DNA of 56,942 bases, taken from positions 1-56,942 of the forward strand of contig JAKLZA010000373.1 of NCBI GenBank assembly GCA_030704615.1, written 5' to 3'. This document shows, piece by piece, positions 1-14,600 of this stretch (position 1 is its first letter; every line of letters begins with the position of its first letter). This DNA comes from Takakia lepidozioides (lineage: Eukaryota > Plantae > Bryophyta). The notes beneath the pieces were generated by a model. The model had not been told where the DNA came from. It did no database searches and saw only the letters and a list, made by a program, of their open reading frames with translations. Both the position numbers and the translations under genes were made by a program.

Positions 1-3000
1 TTGGACATACCTTGTCACATGCTCCTCCAAGTATGAGGTCAATCGAAATTGATTCAAAGGGTGAACCCATCGTTCGATGTTTAAATGATTTTTGATTGCT
101 TTCAATCTTTGCGAGTGTGTTGGACATACCTTGTCACATGCTCCTCTCAAGTAGAAGTCAATCAAATTGATTGAAAGGGTGAACCCATCGTTCGATGTTC
201 AAATGATTTTGATTGCTTTCAAACATTGCGAGTGTGTTGGACATACCTTGTCAGAGGTACGTGTCGAGTATCAAGTCAATCGAAATTGATTCAAAGGGTG
301 AACCATCGTTCGATGTTCAAATGAATTTTTGATTGCTTTCAATCTTTGGAGGTGTTGGACATACCTTGTCACATGCTCCTCTCAAGTATGAAGTCAATCA
401 AAATTGATTGAAGGGTGAACCCATCGTTCGATGTCAAATGATTTTGATTGCTTTCAATCTTTGCGAGTGTGTTGACATACCTTGTCACATGCTCCTCTCA
501 AGTATGAAGTCAATCAAAATTGATTGAAAGGGTGAACCCATCGTTCGATGTTCAAATGATTTTGATTGCTTTCAAACATTGCGAGTGTGTTGGACATACC
601 TTGTCAGAGGTACGTGTCGAGTATAAGTCAATCGAAATGATTCAAAGGGTGAACCCATCGTTCGATGTTCAAATGAATTTTTGATTGCTTTCAATCTTGC
701 GAGTGTGTTGGACATACCTTGTCACATGCTCCTCTCAAGTATGAAGTCAATCAAAATTGATTGAAAGGGTGAACCCATCGTTCGATGTTCAAATGATTTT
801 GATTGCTTTCAAACATTGCGAGTGTGTTGGACATACCTTGTCACATGCTCCTCTCAAGTATGAAGTCAATCAAAATTGATTGAAAGGGTGAACCCATCGT
901 TCGATGTTCAAATGAATTTTTGATTGCTTTCAACATTGCGAGTGTGTTGGACATACCTTAGAGGTACGTGTCAAGTATCAGGTCAATCGAAATTGATTCA
1001 AAGGGTGAACCCATCGTTCGATGTTCAAATGAATTTTTGATTGCTTTCAATCTTTGCGAGTGTGTTGGACATACCTTGTCACATGCTCCTCTCAAGTATG
1101 AAGTCAATCAAAATTGATTGAAAGGGTGAACCCATCGTTCGATGTTCAAATGATCTTTGATTGCTTTCAAACATTGCGAGTGTGTTGGACATACCTTGTC
1201 AGAGGTACGTGTCGAGTATCAGGTCAATCGAAATTGATTGAAAGGGTGAACCCATCGTTCGATGTTCAAATGAATTTTGATTGCTTTCAATCTTTGCGAG
1301 TGTGTTGGACATACCTTGTCACATGCTCCTCTCAAGTATGAGTCAATCGAAATTGATTGAAAGGGTGAACCCATCGTTCGATGTTCAAATGAATTTTGAT
1401 TGCTTTCAAACTTTGCGAGTGTGTTGGACATACCTTGTCACATGCTCCTCTCAAGTATGAAGTCAATCAAAATTGATTGAAAGGGTGAACCCATCGTTCG
1501 ATGTTCAAATGATTTTTGATTGCTTTCAAACATTGCGAGTGTGTTGGACATACCTTGTCAGAGGTACGTGTCGAGTATCAGGTCAATCGAAATTGATTCA
1601 AAGGGTGAACCCATCGTTCGATGTTCAAATGAATTTTTGATTGCTTTCAATCTTTGCGAGTGTGTTGGACATACCTTGTCACATGCTCCTCTCAAGTATG
1701 AAGTCAATCAAAATTGATTGAAAGGGTGAACCCATCGTTCGATGTTCAAATGATTTTTGATTGCTTTCAATCTTTGCGAGTGTGTTGGACATACCTTGTC
1801 ACATGCTCCTCTCAAGTATGAAGTCAATCAAATTGATTGAAAGGGTGAACCCATCGTTCGATGTTCAAATGATCTTTGATTGCTTTCAAACATTGCGAGT
1901 GTGTTGGACATACCTTGTCAGAGGTACGTGTCGAGTATCAGGTCAATCGAAATTGATTCAAAGGGTGAACCCATCGTTCGATGTTCAAATGAATTTTTGA
2001 TTGCTTTCAATCTTTGCGAGTGTGTTGGACATACCTTGTCACATGCTCCTCTCAAGTATGAAGTCAATCAAAATTGATTGAAAGGGTGAACCCATCGTTC
2101 GATGTTCAAATGATCTTTGATTGCTTTCAAACATTGCGAGTGTGTTGGACATACCTTGTCAGAGGTACGTGTCGAGTATCAGGTCAATCGAAATTGATTC
2201 AAAGGGTGAACCCATCGTTCGATGTTCAAATGAATTTTTGATTGCTTTCAATCTTTGCGAGTGTGTTGGACATACCTTGTCACATGCTCCTCTCAAGTAT
2301 GAAGTCAATCAAAATTGATTGAAAGGGTGAACCCATCGTTCGATGTTCAAATGATTTTTGATTGCTTTCAAACATTGCGAGTGTGTTGGACATACCTTGT
2401 CACATGCTCCTCTCAAGTATGAAGTCAATCAAAATTGATTGAAAGGGTGAACCCATCGTTCGATGTTCAAATGATCTTTGATTGCTTTCAAACATTGCGA
2501 GTGTGTTGGACATACCTTGTCAGAGGTACGTGTCAAGTATCAGGTCAATCGAAATTGATTCAAAGGGTGAACCCATCGTTCGATGTTCAAATGAATTTTG
2601 ATTGCTTTCAATCTTTGCGAGTGTGTTGGACATACCTTGTCACATGCTCCTCTCAAGTATGAAGTCAATCAAAATTGATTGAAAGGGTGAACCCATCGTT
2701 CGATGTTCAAATGATTTTTGATTGCTTCAAACATTGCGAGTGTGTTGGACATACCTTGTCAGAGGTACGTGTCGAGTATCAGGTCAATCGAAATTGATTG
2801 AAAGGGTGAACCCATCGTTCGATGTTCAAATGAATTTTTGATTGCTTTCAATCTTTGCGAGTGTGTTGGACATACCTTGTCACATGCTCCTCTCAAGTAT
2901 GAGTCAATCGAAATTGATTGAAAGGGTGAACCCATCGTTCGATGTTCAAATGAATTTTTGATTGCTTTCAATCTTTGCGAGTGTGTTGGACATACCTTGT

Positions 3001-6000
3001 CACATGCTCCTCTCAAGTATGAAGTCAATCAAAATTGATTGAAAGGGTGAACCCATCGTTCGATGTTCAAATGAATTTTTGATTGCTTTCAAACATTGCG
3101 AGTGTGTTGGACATACCTTGTCAGAGGTACGTGTCGAGTATGGTCAATCGAAATTGATTCAAAGGGTGAACCCATCGTTCGATGTTCAAATGAATTTTGA
3201 TTGCTTTCAATCTTTGCGAGTGTGTTGGACATACCTTGTCACATGCTCCTCTCAAGTATGAAGTCAATCAAAATTGATTGAAAGGGTGAACCCATCGTTC
3301 GATGTTCAAATGAATTTTGATTGCTTTCAATCTTTGCGAGTGTGTTGGACATACCTTGTCACATGCTCCTCTCAAGTATGAAGTCAATCAAAATTGATTG
3401 AAAGGGTGAACCCATCGTTCGATGTTCAAATGAATTTTTGATTGCTTTCAATCTTTGCGAGTGTGTTGGACATACCTTGTCACATGCTCCTCTCAAGTAT
3501 GAAGTCAATCAAAATTGATTGAAAGGGTGAACCCATCGTTCGATGTTCAAATGATTTTTGATTGCTTTCAAACATTGCGAGTGTGTTGGACATACCTTGT
3601 CAGAGGTACGTGTCGAGTATCAGTCAATCGAAATTGATTCAAAGGGTGAACCCATCGTTCGATGTTCAAATGAATTTTTGATTGCTTTCAATCTTTGCGA
3701 GTGTGTTGGACATACCTTGTCACATGCTCCTCTCAAGTATGAAGTCAATCAAAATTGATTGAAAGGGTGAACCCATCGTTCGATGTTCAAATGATTTTTG
3801 ATTGCTTTCAAATTTGCGAGTGTGTTGGACATACCTTGTCACATGCTCCTCTCAAGTATGAAGTCAATCAAAATTGATTGAAAGGGTGAACCCATCGTTC
3901 GATGTTCAAATGATTTTTGATTGCTTTCAAACATTGCGAGTGTGTTGGACATACCTTGTCAGAGGTACGTGTCAAGTATCAGTCAATCGAAATTGATTCA
4001 AAGGGTGAACCCATCGTTCGATGTTCAAATGAATTTTTGATTGCTTTCAATCTTTGCGAGTGTGTTGGACATACCTTGTCACATGCTCCTCTCAAGTATG
4101 AAGTCAATCAAAATTGATTGAAAGGGTGAACCCATCGTTCGATGTTCAAATGATCTTTGATTGCTTCCAAACATTGCGAGTGTGTTGGACATACCTTGTC
4201 AGAGGTACGTGTCGAGTATCAGGTCAATCGAAATTGATTCAAAGGGTGAACCCATCGTTCGATGTTCAAATGAATTTTTGATTGCTTTCAATCTTTGCGA
4301 GTGTGTTGGACATACCTTGTCACATGCTCCTCTCAAGTATGAAGTCAATCAAAATTGATTGAAAGGGTGAACCCATCGTTCGATGTTCAAATGATTTTGA
4401 TTGCTTTCAAACATTGCGAGTGTGTTGGACATACCTTGTCAGAGGTACGTGTCGAGTATCAGGTCAATCGAGGTCAATCGAAAAAGATTCAAAGGGTGAA
4501 CCCATCGTTCGATGTTCAAATGAATTTTTGATTGCTTTCAATCTTTGCGAGTGTGTTGGACATACCTTGTCACATGCTCCTCTCAAGTATGAAGTCAATC
4601 AAAATTGATTGAAAGGGGTGAACCCATCGTTCGATGTTCAAATGATTTTTGATTGCTTTCAATCTTTGCGAGTGTGTTGGACATACCTTGTCACATGCTC
4701 CTCTCAAGTATGAAGTCAATCAAAATTGATTGAAAGGGTGAACCCATCGTTCGATGTTCAAATGATTTTTGATTGCTTTCAAACATTGCGAGTGTGTTGG
4801 ACATACCTTGTCAGAGGTACGTGTCGAGTATCAGGTCAATCGAAATTGATTCAAAGGGTGAACCCATCGTTCGATGTTCAAATGAATTTTTGATTGCTTT
4901 CAATCTTTGCGAGTGTGTTGGACATACCTTGTCACATGCTCCTCTCAAGTATGAAGTCAATCAAAATTGATTGAAAGGGTGAACCCATCGTTCGATGTTC
5001 AAATGATTTTTGATTGCTTTCAATCTTTGCGAGTGTGTTGGACATACCTTGTCACATGCTCCTCTCAAGTATGAAGTCAATCAAAATTGATTGAAAGGGT
5101 GAACCCATCGTTCGATGTTCAAATGATTTTTGATTGCTTTCAAACATTGCGAGTGTGTTGGACATACCTTGTCAGAGGTACGTGTCGAGTATCAGGTCAA
5201 TCGAAATTGATTCAAAGGGTGAACCCATCGTTCGATGTTCAAATGAATTTTGATTGCTTTCAATCTTTGCGAGTGTGTTGGACATACCTTGTCACATGCT
5301 CCTCTCAAGTATGAAGTCAATCAAAATTGATTGAAAGGGTGAACCCATCGTTCGATGTTCAAATGATTTTTGATTGCTTTCAACATTGCGAGTGTGTTGG
5401 ACATACCTTGTCACATGCTCCTCTCAAGTATGAAGTCAATCAAAATTGATTGAAAGGGTGAACCCATCGTTCGATGTTCAAATGATTTTGATTGCTTTCA
5501 AACATTGCGAGTGTGTTGGACATACCTTGTCAGAGGTACGTGTCGAGTATCATGTCAATCGAAATTGATTCAAAGGGTGAACCCATCGTTCGATGTTCAA
5601 ATGAATTTTTGATTGCTTTCAATCTTTGCGAGTGTGTTGGACATACCTTGTCACATGCTCCTCTCAAGTATGAAGTCAATCAAAATTGATTGAAAGGGTG
5701 AACCCATCGTTCGATGTTCAAATGATTTTGATTGCTTTCAAACATTGCGAGTGTGTTGGACATACCTTGTCAGAGGTACGTGTCGAGTATCAGGTCAATC
5801 GAAATTGATTCAAAGGGTGAACCCATCGTTCGATGTTCAAATGAATTTTTGATTGCTTTCAATCTTTGCGAGTGTGTTGGACATACCTTGTCACATGCTC
5901 CTCTCAAGTATGAAGTCAATCAAAATTGATTGAAAGGGTGAACCCATCGTTCGATGTTCAAATGATTTTTGATTGCTTTCAACATTGCGAGTGTGTTGGA

Positions 6001-9000
6001 CATACCTTGTCACATGCTCCTCTCAAGTATGAAGTCAATCAAAATTGATTGAAAGGGTGAACCCATCGTTCGATGTTCAAATGATTTTTGATTGCTTTCA
6101 AACATTGCGAGTGTGTTGGACATACCTTGTCAGAGGTACGTGTCAAGTATCAGTCAATCGAAATTGATTCAAAGGGTGAACCCATCGTTCGATGTTCAAA
6201 TGAATTTTTGATTGCTTTCAATCTTTGCGAGTGTGTTGGACATACCTTGTCACATGCTCCTCTCAAGTATGAAGTCAATCAAAATTGATTGAAAGGGTGA
6301 ACCCATCGTTCGATGTTCAAATGATTTTTGATTGCTTTCAAACATTGCGAGTGTGTTGGACATACCTTGTCACATGCTCCTCTCAAGTATGAAGGTCAAT
6401 CAAAATTGATTGAAAGGGTGAACCCATCGTTCGATGTTCAAATGATTTTGATTGCTTTCAATCATTGCGAGTGTGTTGGACATACCTTGTCACATCCTCT
6501 CAAGTATGAAGTCAATCAAAATTGATTCAAAGGGTGAACCCATCGTTCGATGTTCAAATGAATTTTTGATTGCTTTCAATCTTTGCGAGTGTGTTGGACA
6601 TACCTTGTCACATGCTCCTCTCAAGTATGAAGTCAATCAAAATTGATTGAAAGGGTGAACCCATCGTTCGATGTTCAAATGATTTTGATTGCTTTCAAAC
6701 ATTGCGAGTGTGTTGGACATACCTTGTCAGAGGTACGTGTCAAGTATCAGGTCAATCGAAATTGATTCAAAGGGTGAACCCATCGTTCGATGTTCAAATG
6801 AATTTTTGATTGCTTTCAATCTTTGCGAGTGTGTTGGACATACCTTGTCACATGCTCCTCTCAAGTATGAAGTCAATCAAAATTGATTGAAAGGGTGAAC
6901 CCATCGTTCGATGTTCAAATGATTTTTGATTGCTTTCAAACTTTGCGAGTGTGTTGGACATACCTTGTCACATGCTCCTCTCAAGTATGAAGTCAATCAA
7001 AATTGATTGAAAGGGTGAACCCATCGTTCGATGTTCAAATGATTTTTGATTGCTTTCAAACATTGCGAGTGTGTTGGACATACCTTGTCAGAGGTACGTG
7101 TCGAGTATCAGGTCAATCGAAATTGATTCAAAGGGTGAACCCATCGTTCGATGTTCAAATGATTTTTGATTGCTTTCAATCTTTGCGAGTGTGTTGGACA
7201 TACCTTGTCACATGCTCCTCTCAAGTATGAGTCAATCAAATTGATTGAAAGGGTGAACCCATCGTTCGATGTTCAAATGATTTTTGATTGCTTTCAAACA
7301 TTGCGAGTGTGTTGGACATACCTTGTCACATGCTCCTCTCAAGTATGAAGTCAATCAAAATTGATTGAAAGGGTGAACCCATCGTTCGATGTTCAAATGA
7401 TCTTTTGATTGCTTTCAAACATTTGCGAGTGTGTTGGACATACCTTGTCAGAGGTACGTGTCGAGTATCAGGTCAATCGAAATTGATTCAAAGGGTGAAC
7501 CCATCGTTCGATGTTCAAATGAATTTTGATTGCTTTCAATCTTTGCGAGTGTGTTGGACATACCTTGTCACATGCTCCTCTCAAGTATGAAGTCAATCAA
7601 AATTGATTGAAAGGGTGAACCCATCGTTCGATGTTCAAATGATCTTTGATTGCTTTCAAACATTGCGAGTGTGTTGGACATACCTTGTCAGAGGTACGTG
7701 TCGAGTATCAGGTCAATCGAATTGATTCAAGGGTGAACCCATCGTTCGATGTTCAAATGAATTTTGATTGCTTTCAATCTTTGCGAGTGTGTTGGACATA
7801 CCTTGTCACATGCTCCTCTCAAGTATGAAGTCAATCAAAATTGATTGAAAGGGTGAACCCATCGTTCGATGTTCAAATGATTTTGATTGCTTTCAAACAT
7901 TTGCGAGTGTGTTGGACATACCTTGTCACATGCTCCTCTCAAGTATGAAGTCAATCAAAATTGATTGAAAGGGTGAACCATCGTTCGATGTTCAAATGAT
8001 TTTTGATTGCTTTCAAACATGCGAGTGTGTTGGACATACCTTGTCAGAGGTACGTGTCAGTATGAAGTCAATCGAAAATTGATTCAAAGGGTGAACCCAT
8101 CGTTCGATGTTCAAATGAATTTTTGATTGCTTTCAATCTTTGCGAGTGTGTTGGACATACCTTGTCACATGCTCCTCTCAAGTATGAAGTCAATCAAAAT
8201 TGATTGAAAGGGTGAACCCATCGTTCGATGTTCAAATGATTTTTGATTGCTTTCAACATGCGAGTGTGTTGGACATACCTTGTCACATGCTCCTCTCAAG
8301 TATGAAGTCAATCAAAATTGATTGAAAGGGTGAACCCATCGTTCGATGTTCAAATGATTTTTGATTGCTTTCAAACTTTGCGAGTGTGTTGGACATACCT
8401 TGTCACATGCTCCTCTCAAGTATGAAGTCAATCAAAATTGATTGAAAGGGTGAACCCATCGTTCGATGTTCAAATGATTTTTGATTGCTTTCAAACATTG
8501 CGAGTGTGTTGGACATACCTTGTCAGAGGTACGTGTCGAGTATCATGTCAATCGAAATTGATTCAAAGGGTGAACCCATCGTTCGATGTTCAAATGAATT
8601 TTTGATTGCTTTCAATCTTTGCGAGTGTGTTGGACATACCTTGTCACATGCTCCTCTCAAGTATGAAGTCAATCAAAATTGATTGAAAGGGTGAACCCAT
8701 CGTTCGATGTTCAAATGATTTTTGATTGCTTTCAAACATTGCGAGTGTGTTGGACATACCTTGTCACATGCTCCTCTCAAGTATGAAGTCAATCAAAATT
8801 GATTGAAAGGGTGAACCCATCGTTCGATGTTCAAATGATTTTTGATTGCTTTCAAACATTGCGAGTGTGTTGGACATACCTTGTCAGAGGTACGTGTCAA
8901 GTATGAAGTCAATCGAAATTGATTCAAAGGGTGAACCCATCGTTCGATGTTCAAATGAATTTTTGATTGCTTTCAATCTTTGCGAGTGTGTTGGACATAC

Positions 9001-12000
9001 CTTGTCACATGCTCCTCTCAAGTATGAAGTCAATCAAAATTGATTGAAAGGGTGAACCCATCGTTCGATGTTCAAATGATCTTTTGATTGCTTTCAAACA
9101 TTGCGAGTGTGTTGGACATACCTTGTCAGAGGTACGTGTCGAGTATCAGGTCAATCGAATTGATTCAAAGGGTGAACCCATCGTTCGATGTTCAAATGAA
9201 TTTTTGATTGCTTTCAATCTTTGCGAGTGTGTTGGACATACCTTGTCACATGCTCCTCTCAAGTATGAAGTCAATCAAAATTGATTGAAAGGGTGAACCC
9301 ATCGTTCGATGTTCAAATGATTTTTGATTGCTTTCAAACATTGCGAGTGTGTTGGACATACCTTGTCAGAGGTACGTGTCAAGTATCAAGTCAATCGAAA
9401 TTGATTGAAAGGGTGAACCCATCGTTCGATGTTCAAATGAATTTTTGATTGCTTTCAAACTTTGCGAGTGTGTTGGACATACCTTGTCACATGCTCCTCT
9501 CAAGTATGAGGTCAATCGAAATTGATTCAAAGGGTGAACCCATCGTTCGATGTTCAAATGAATTTTTGATTGCTTTCAATCTTTGCGAGTGTGTTGGACA
9601 TACCTTGTCACATGCTCCTCTCAAGTATGAAGTCAATCAAAATTGATTGAAAGGGTGAACCCATCGTTCGATGTTCAAATGATTTTTGATTGCTTTCAAA
9701 CATTGCGAGTGTGTTGGACATACCTTGTCAGAGGTACGTGTCGAGTATCAGGTCAATCGAAATTGATTCAAAGGGTGAACCCATCGTTCGATGTTCAAAT
9801 GAATTTTTGATTGCTTTCAATCTTTGCGAGTGTGTTGGACATACCTTGTCACATGCTCCTCTCAAGTATGAAGTCAATCAAAATTGATTGAAAGGGTGAA
9901 CCATCGTTCGATGTTCAAATGATTTTTGATTGCTTTCAACATTGCGAGTGTGTTGGACATACCTTGTCACATGCTCCTCTCAAGTATGAAGTCAATCAAA
10001 ATTGATTGAAAGGGTGAACCCATCGTTCGATGTTCAAATGATCTTTGATTGCTTTCAAACTTGCGAGTGTGTTGGACATACCTTGTCAGAGGTACTCTCA
10101 AGTATCAGGTCAATCGAAATTGATTCAAAGGGTGAACCCATCGTTCGATGTTCAAATGAATTTTTGATTGCTTTCAATCTTTGCGAGTGTGTTGGACATA
10201 CCTTGTCACATGCTCCTCTCAAGTATGAAGTCAATCAAAATTGATTGAAAGGGTGAACCCATCGTTCGATGTTCAAATGATCTTTGATTGCTTTCAAACA
10301 TTGCGAGTGTGTTGGACATACCTTGTCAGAGGTACGTGTCGAGTATCAGGTCAATCGAAATTGATTCAAAGGGTGAACCCATCGTTCGATGTTCAAATGA
10401 ATTTTTGATTGCTTTCAATCTTTGCGAGTGTGTTGGACATACCTTGTCACATGCTCCTCTCAAGTATGAAGTCAATCAAAATTGATTGAAAGGGTGAACC
10501 CATCGTTCGATGTTCAAATGATCTTGATTGCTTTCAAACATTGCGAGTGTGTTGGACATACCTTGTCAGAGGTACGTGTGTCGAGTATCAGGTCAATCGA
10601 AATTGATTCAAAGGGTGAACCCATCGTTCGATGTTCAAATGAATTTTTGATTGCTTTCAATCTTTGCGAGTGTGTTGGACATACCTTGTCACATGCTCCT
10701 CTCAAGTATGAAGTCAATCAAAATTGATTGAAAGGGGTGAACCCATCGTTCGATGTTCAAATGATTTTTGATTGCTTTCAAACATTGCGAGTGTGTTGGA
10801 CATACCTTGTCAGAGGTACGTGTCGAGTATCAGGTCAATCGAAATTGATTCAAAGGGTGAACCCATCGTTCGATGTTCAAATGATTTTTGATTGCTTTCA
10901 ATCTTTGCGAGTGTGTTGGACATACCTTGTCACATGCTCCTCTCAAGTATGAAGTCAATCAAAATTGATTGAAAGGGTGAACCCATCGTTCGATGTTCAA
11001 ATGATTTTTTGATTGCTTTCAAACATTGCGAGTGTGTTGGACATACCTTGTCACATGCTCCTCTCAAGTATGAAGTCAATCAAAATTGATTGAAAGGGTG
11101 AACCCATCGTTCGATGTTCAAATGATTTTTGATTGCTTTCAAACATTGCGAGTGTGTTGGACATACCTTGTCAGAGGTACGTGTCAAGTATCAGGTCAAT
11201 CGAAATTGATTCAAAGGGTGAACCCATCGTTCGATGTTCAAATGAATTTTTGATTGCTTTCAATCTTTGCGAGTGTGTTGGACATACCTTGTCACATGCT
11301 CCTCTCAAGTATGAAGTCAATCGAAATTGATTGAAAGGGTGAACCCATCGTTCGATGTTCAAATGAATTTTGATTGCTTTCAATCTTTGCGAGTGTGTTG
11401 GACATACCTTGTCACATGCTCCTCTCAAGTATGAAGTCAATCAAATTGATTGAAAGGGTGAACCCATCGTTCGATGTTCAAATGATTTTTGATTGCTTTC
11501 AAACATTGCGAGTGTGTTGGACATACCTTGTCAGAGGTACGTGTCGAGTATGAGGTCAATCGAAATTGATTCAAAGGGTGAACCATCGTTCGATGTTCAA
11601 ATGAATTTTTGATTGCTTTCAATCTTTGCGAGTGTGTTGGACATACCTTGTCACATGCTCCTCTCAAGTATGAAGTCAATCAAAATTGATTGAAAGGGTG
11701 AACCATCGTTCGATGTTCAAATGATTTTTGATTGCTTTCAAACATTGCGAGTGTGTTGGACATACCTTGTCAGATGGTACTGTCAAGTATCAGGTCAATC
11801 AAAATTGATTCAAAGGGTGAACCCATCGTTCGATGTTCAAATGATTTTTTGATTGCTTTCAATCTTTGCGAGTGTGTTGGACATACCTTGTCACATGCTC
11901 CTCTCAAGTATGAGGTCAATCGAAATTGATTGAAAGGGTGAACCCATCGTTCGATGTTCAAATGATTTTTGATTGCTTTCAATCTTGCGAGTGTGTTGGA

Positions 12001-14559
12001 CATACCTTGTCACATGCTCCTCTCAAGTATGAAGTCAATCAAAATTGATTGAAAGGGTGAACCCATCGTTCGATGTTCAAATGATTTTGATTGCTTTCAA
12101 ACATTGCGAGTGTGTTGGACATACCTTGTCAGAGGTACGTGTCAAGTATCAGGTCAATCGAAATTGATTCAAAGGGTGAACCCATCGTTCGATGTTCAAA
12201 TGAATTTTTGATTGCTTTCAATCTTTGCGAGTGTGTTGGACATACCTTGTCACATGCTCCTCTCAAGTATGAAGTCAATCAAAATTGATTGAAAGGGTGA
12301 ACCCATCGTTCGATGTTCAAATGATCTTTGATTGCTTCAAACATTGCGAGTGTGTTGGACATACCTTGTCAGAGGTACGTGTCGAGTATCAGGTCAATCG
12401 AAATTGATTCAAAGGGTGAACCCATCGTTCGATGTTCAAATGAATTTTTGATTGCTTTCAATCTTTGCGAGTGTGTTGGACATACCTTGTCACATGCTCC
12501 TCTCAAGTATGAAGTCAATCAAATTGATTGAAAGGGTGAACCCATCGTTCGATGTTCAAATGAATTTTTGATTGCTTTCAAACATTGCGAGTGTGTTGGA
12601 CATACCTTGTCACATGCTCCTCTCAAGTATGAATCAATCAAAATTGATTCAAAGGGTGAACCCATCGTTCGATGTTCAAATGATTTTTGATTGCTTTCAA
12701 CATTGCGAGTGTGTTGGACATACCTTGTCAGAGGTACGTGTCGAGTATCAGGTCAATCGAAATTGATTCAAAGGGTGAACCCATCGTTCGATGTTCAAAT
12801 GAATTTTTGATTGCTTTCAATCTTTGCGAGTGTGTTGGACATACCTTGTCACATGCTCCTCTCAAGTATGAAGTCAATCAAAATTGATTGAAAGGGTGAA
12901 CCCATCGTTCGATGTTCAAATGATTTTTGATTGCTTTCAAACATTGCGAGTGTGTTGGACATACCTTGTCACATGCTCCTCTCAAGTATGAAGTCAATCA
13001 AAATTGATTGAAAGGGTGAACCCATCGTTCGATGTTCAAATGATTTTGATTGCTTTCAAACATTGCGAGTGTGTTGGACATACCTTGTCAGAGGTACGTG
13101 TCGAGTATCAGGTCAATCGAAATTGATTCAAGGGTGAACCCATCGTTCGATGTTCAAATGAATTTTTGATTGCTTTCAATCTTTGCGAGTGTGTTGGACA
13201 TACCTTGTCACATGCTCCTCTCAAGTATGAAGTCAATCAAAATTGATTGAAAGGGTGAACCCATCGTTCGATGTTCAAATGATTTTTGATTGCTTTCAAA
13301 CATTGCGAGTGTGTTGGACATACCTTGTCACATGCTCCTCTCAAGTATGAAGTCAATCAAAATTGATTGAAAGGGTGAACCCATCGTTCGATGTTCAAAT
13401 GATCTTTGATTGCTTTCAAACATTGCGAGTGTGTTGGACATACCTTGTCAGAGTACGTGTCAAGTCAAGTATCAGTCAATCGAAATTGATTCAAAGGGTG
13501 AACCCATCGTTCGATGTTCAAATGAATTTTTGATTGCTTTCAATCTTTGCGAGTGTGTTGGACATACCTTGTCACATGCTCCTCTCAAGTATGAGGTCAA
13601 TCGAAATTGATTGAAAGGGTGAACCCATCGTTCGATGTTCAAATGAATTTTTGATTGCTTTCAATCTTTGCGAGTGTGTTGGACATACCTTGTCACATGC
13701 TCCTCTCAAGTATGAAGTCAATCAAAATTGATTGAAAGGGTGAACCCATCGTTCGATGTTCAAATGAATTTTTGATTGCTTTCAAACATTGCGAGTGTGT
13801 TGGACATACCTTGTCAGAGGTACGTGTCAGTATGAGGTCAATCGAAATTGATTCAAAGGGTGAACCCATCGTTCGATGTTCAAATGAATTTTGATTGCTT
13901 TCAATCTTTGCGAGTGTGTTGGACATACCTTGTCACATGCTCCTCTCAAGTATGAAGTCAATCAAAATTGATTGAAAGGGTGAACCCATCGTTCGATGTT
14001 CAAATGATTTTGATTGCTTTCAAACATTGCGAGTGTGTTGGACATACCTTGTCAGAGGTACGTGTCGAGTATCAGGTCAATCGAAATTGATTCAAAGGGT
14101 GAACCCATCGTTCGATGTTCAAATGAATTTTTGATTGCTTTCAATCTTTGCGAGTGTGTTGGACATACCTTGTCACATGCTCCTCTCAAGTATGAAGTCA
14201 ATCAAAATTGATTGAAAGGGTGAACCCATCGTTCGATGTTCAAATGATTTTTGATTGCTTTCAATCTTTGCGAGTGTGTTGGACATACCTTGTCACATGC
14301 TCCTCTCAAGTATGAAGTCAATCAAAATTGATTGAAAGGGTGAACCCATCGTTCGATGTTCAAATGAATTTTTGATTGCTTTCAAACATTGCGAGTGTGT
14401 TGGACATACCTTGTCAGAGGTACGTGTCAAGTATCAAGTCAATCGAAATTGATTCAAAGGGTGAACCCATCGTTCGATGTTCAAATGAATTTTTGATTGC
14501 TTTCAATCTTTGCGAGTGTGTTGGACATACCTTGTCACATGCTCCTCTCAAGTATGAAG

Positions 14560-14600
14560 TCAATCAAAATTGATTGAAAGGGTGAACCCATCGTTCGATG
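14560..14600. other. Cluster of short inverted repeats (example from one A monomer)
   Basis: TCAATCAA-AA-TTGATTGA (14560-14577, perfect only in type A), GGGT-GA-ACCC (14580-14589) and CATCG-TT-CGATG (14589-14600). The last two are present in both monomer types. Confidence 0.9.

Noticed and set aside
14580-14600. CENP-B box
   Set aside because: The TTCG and CCC elements do not have the TTCGNNNNANNCGGG spacing on either strand.
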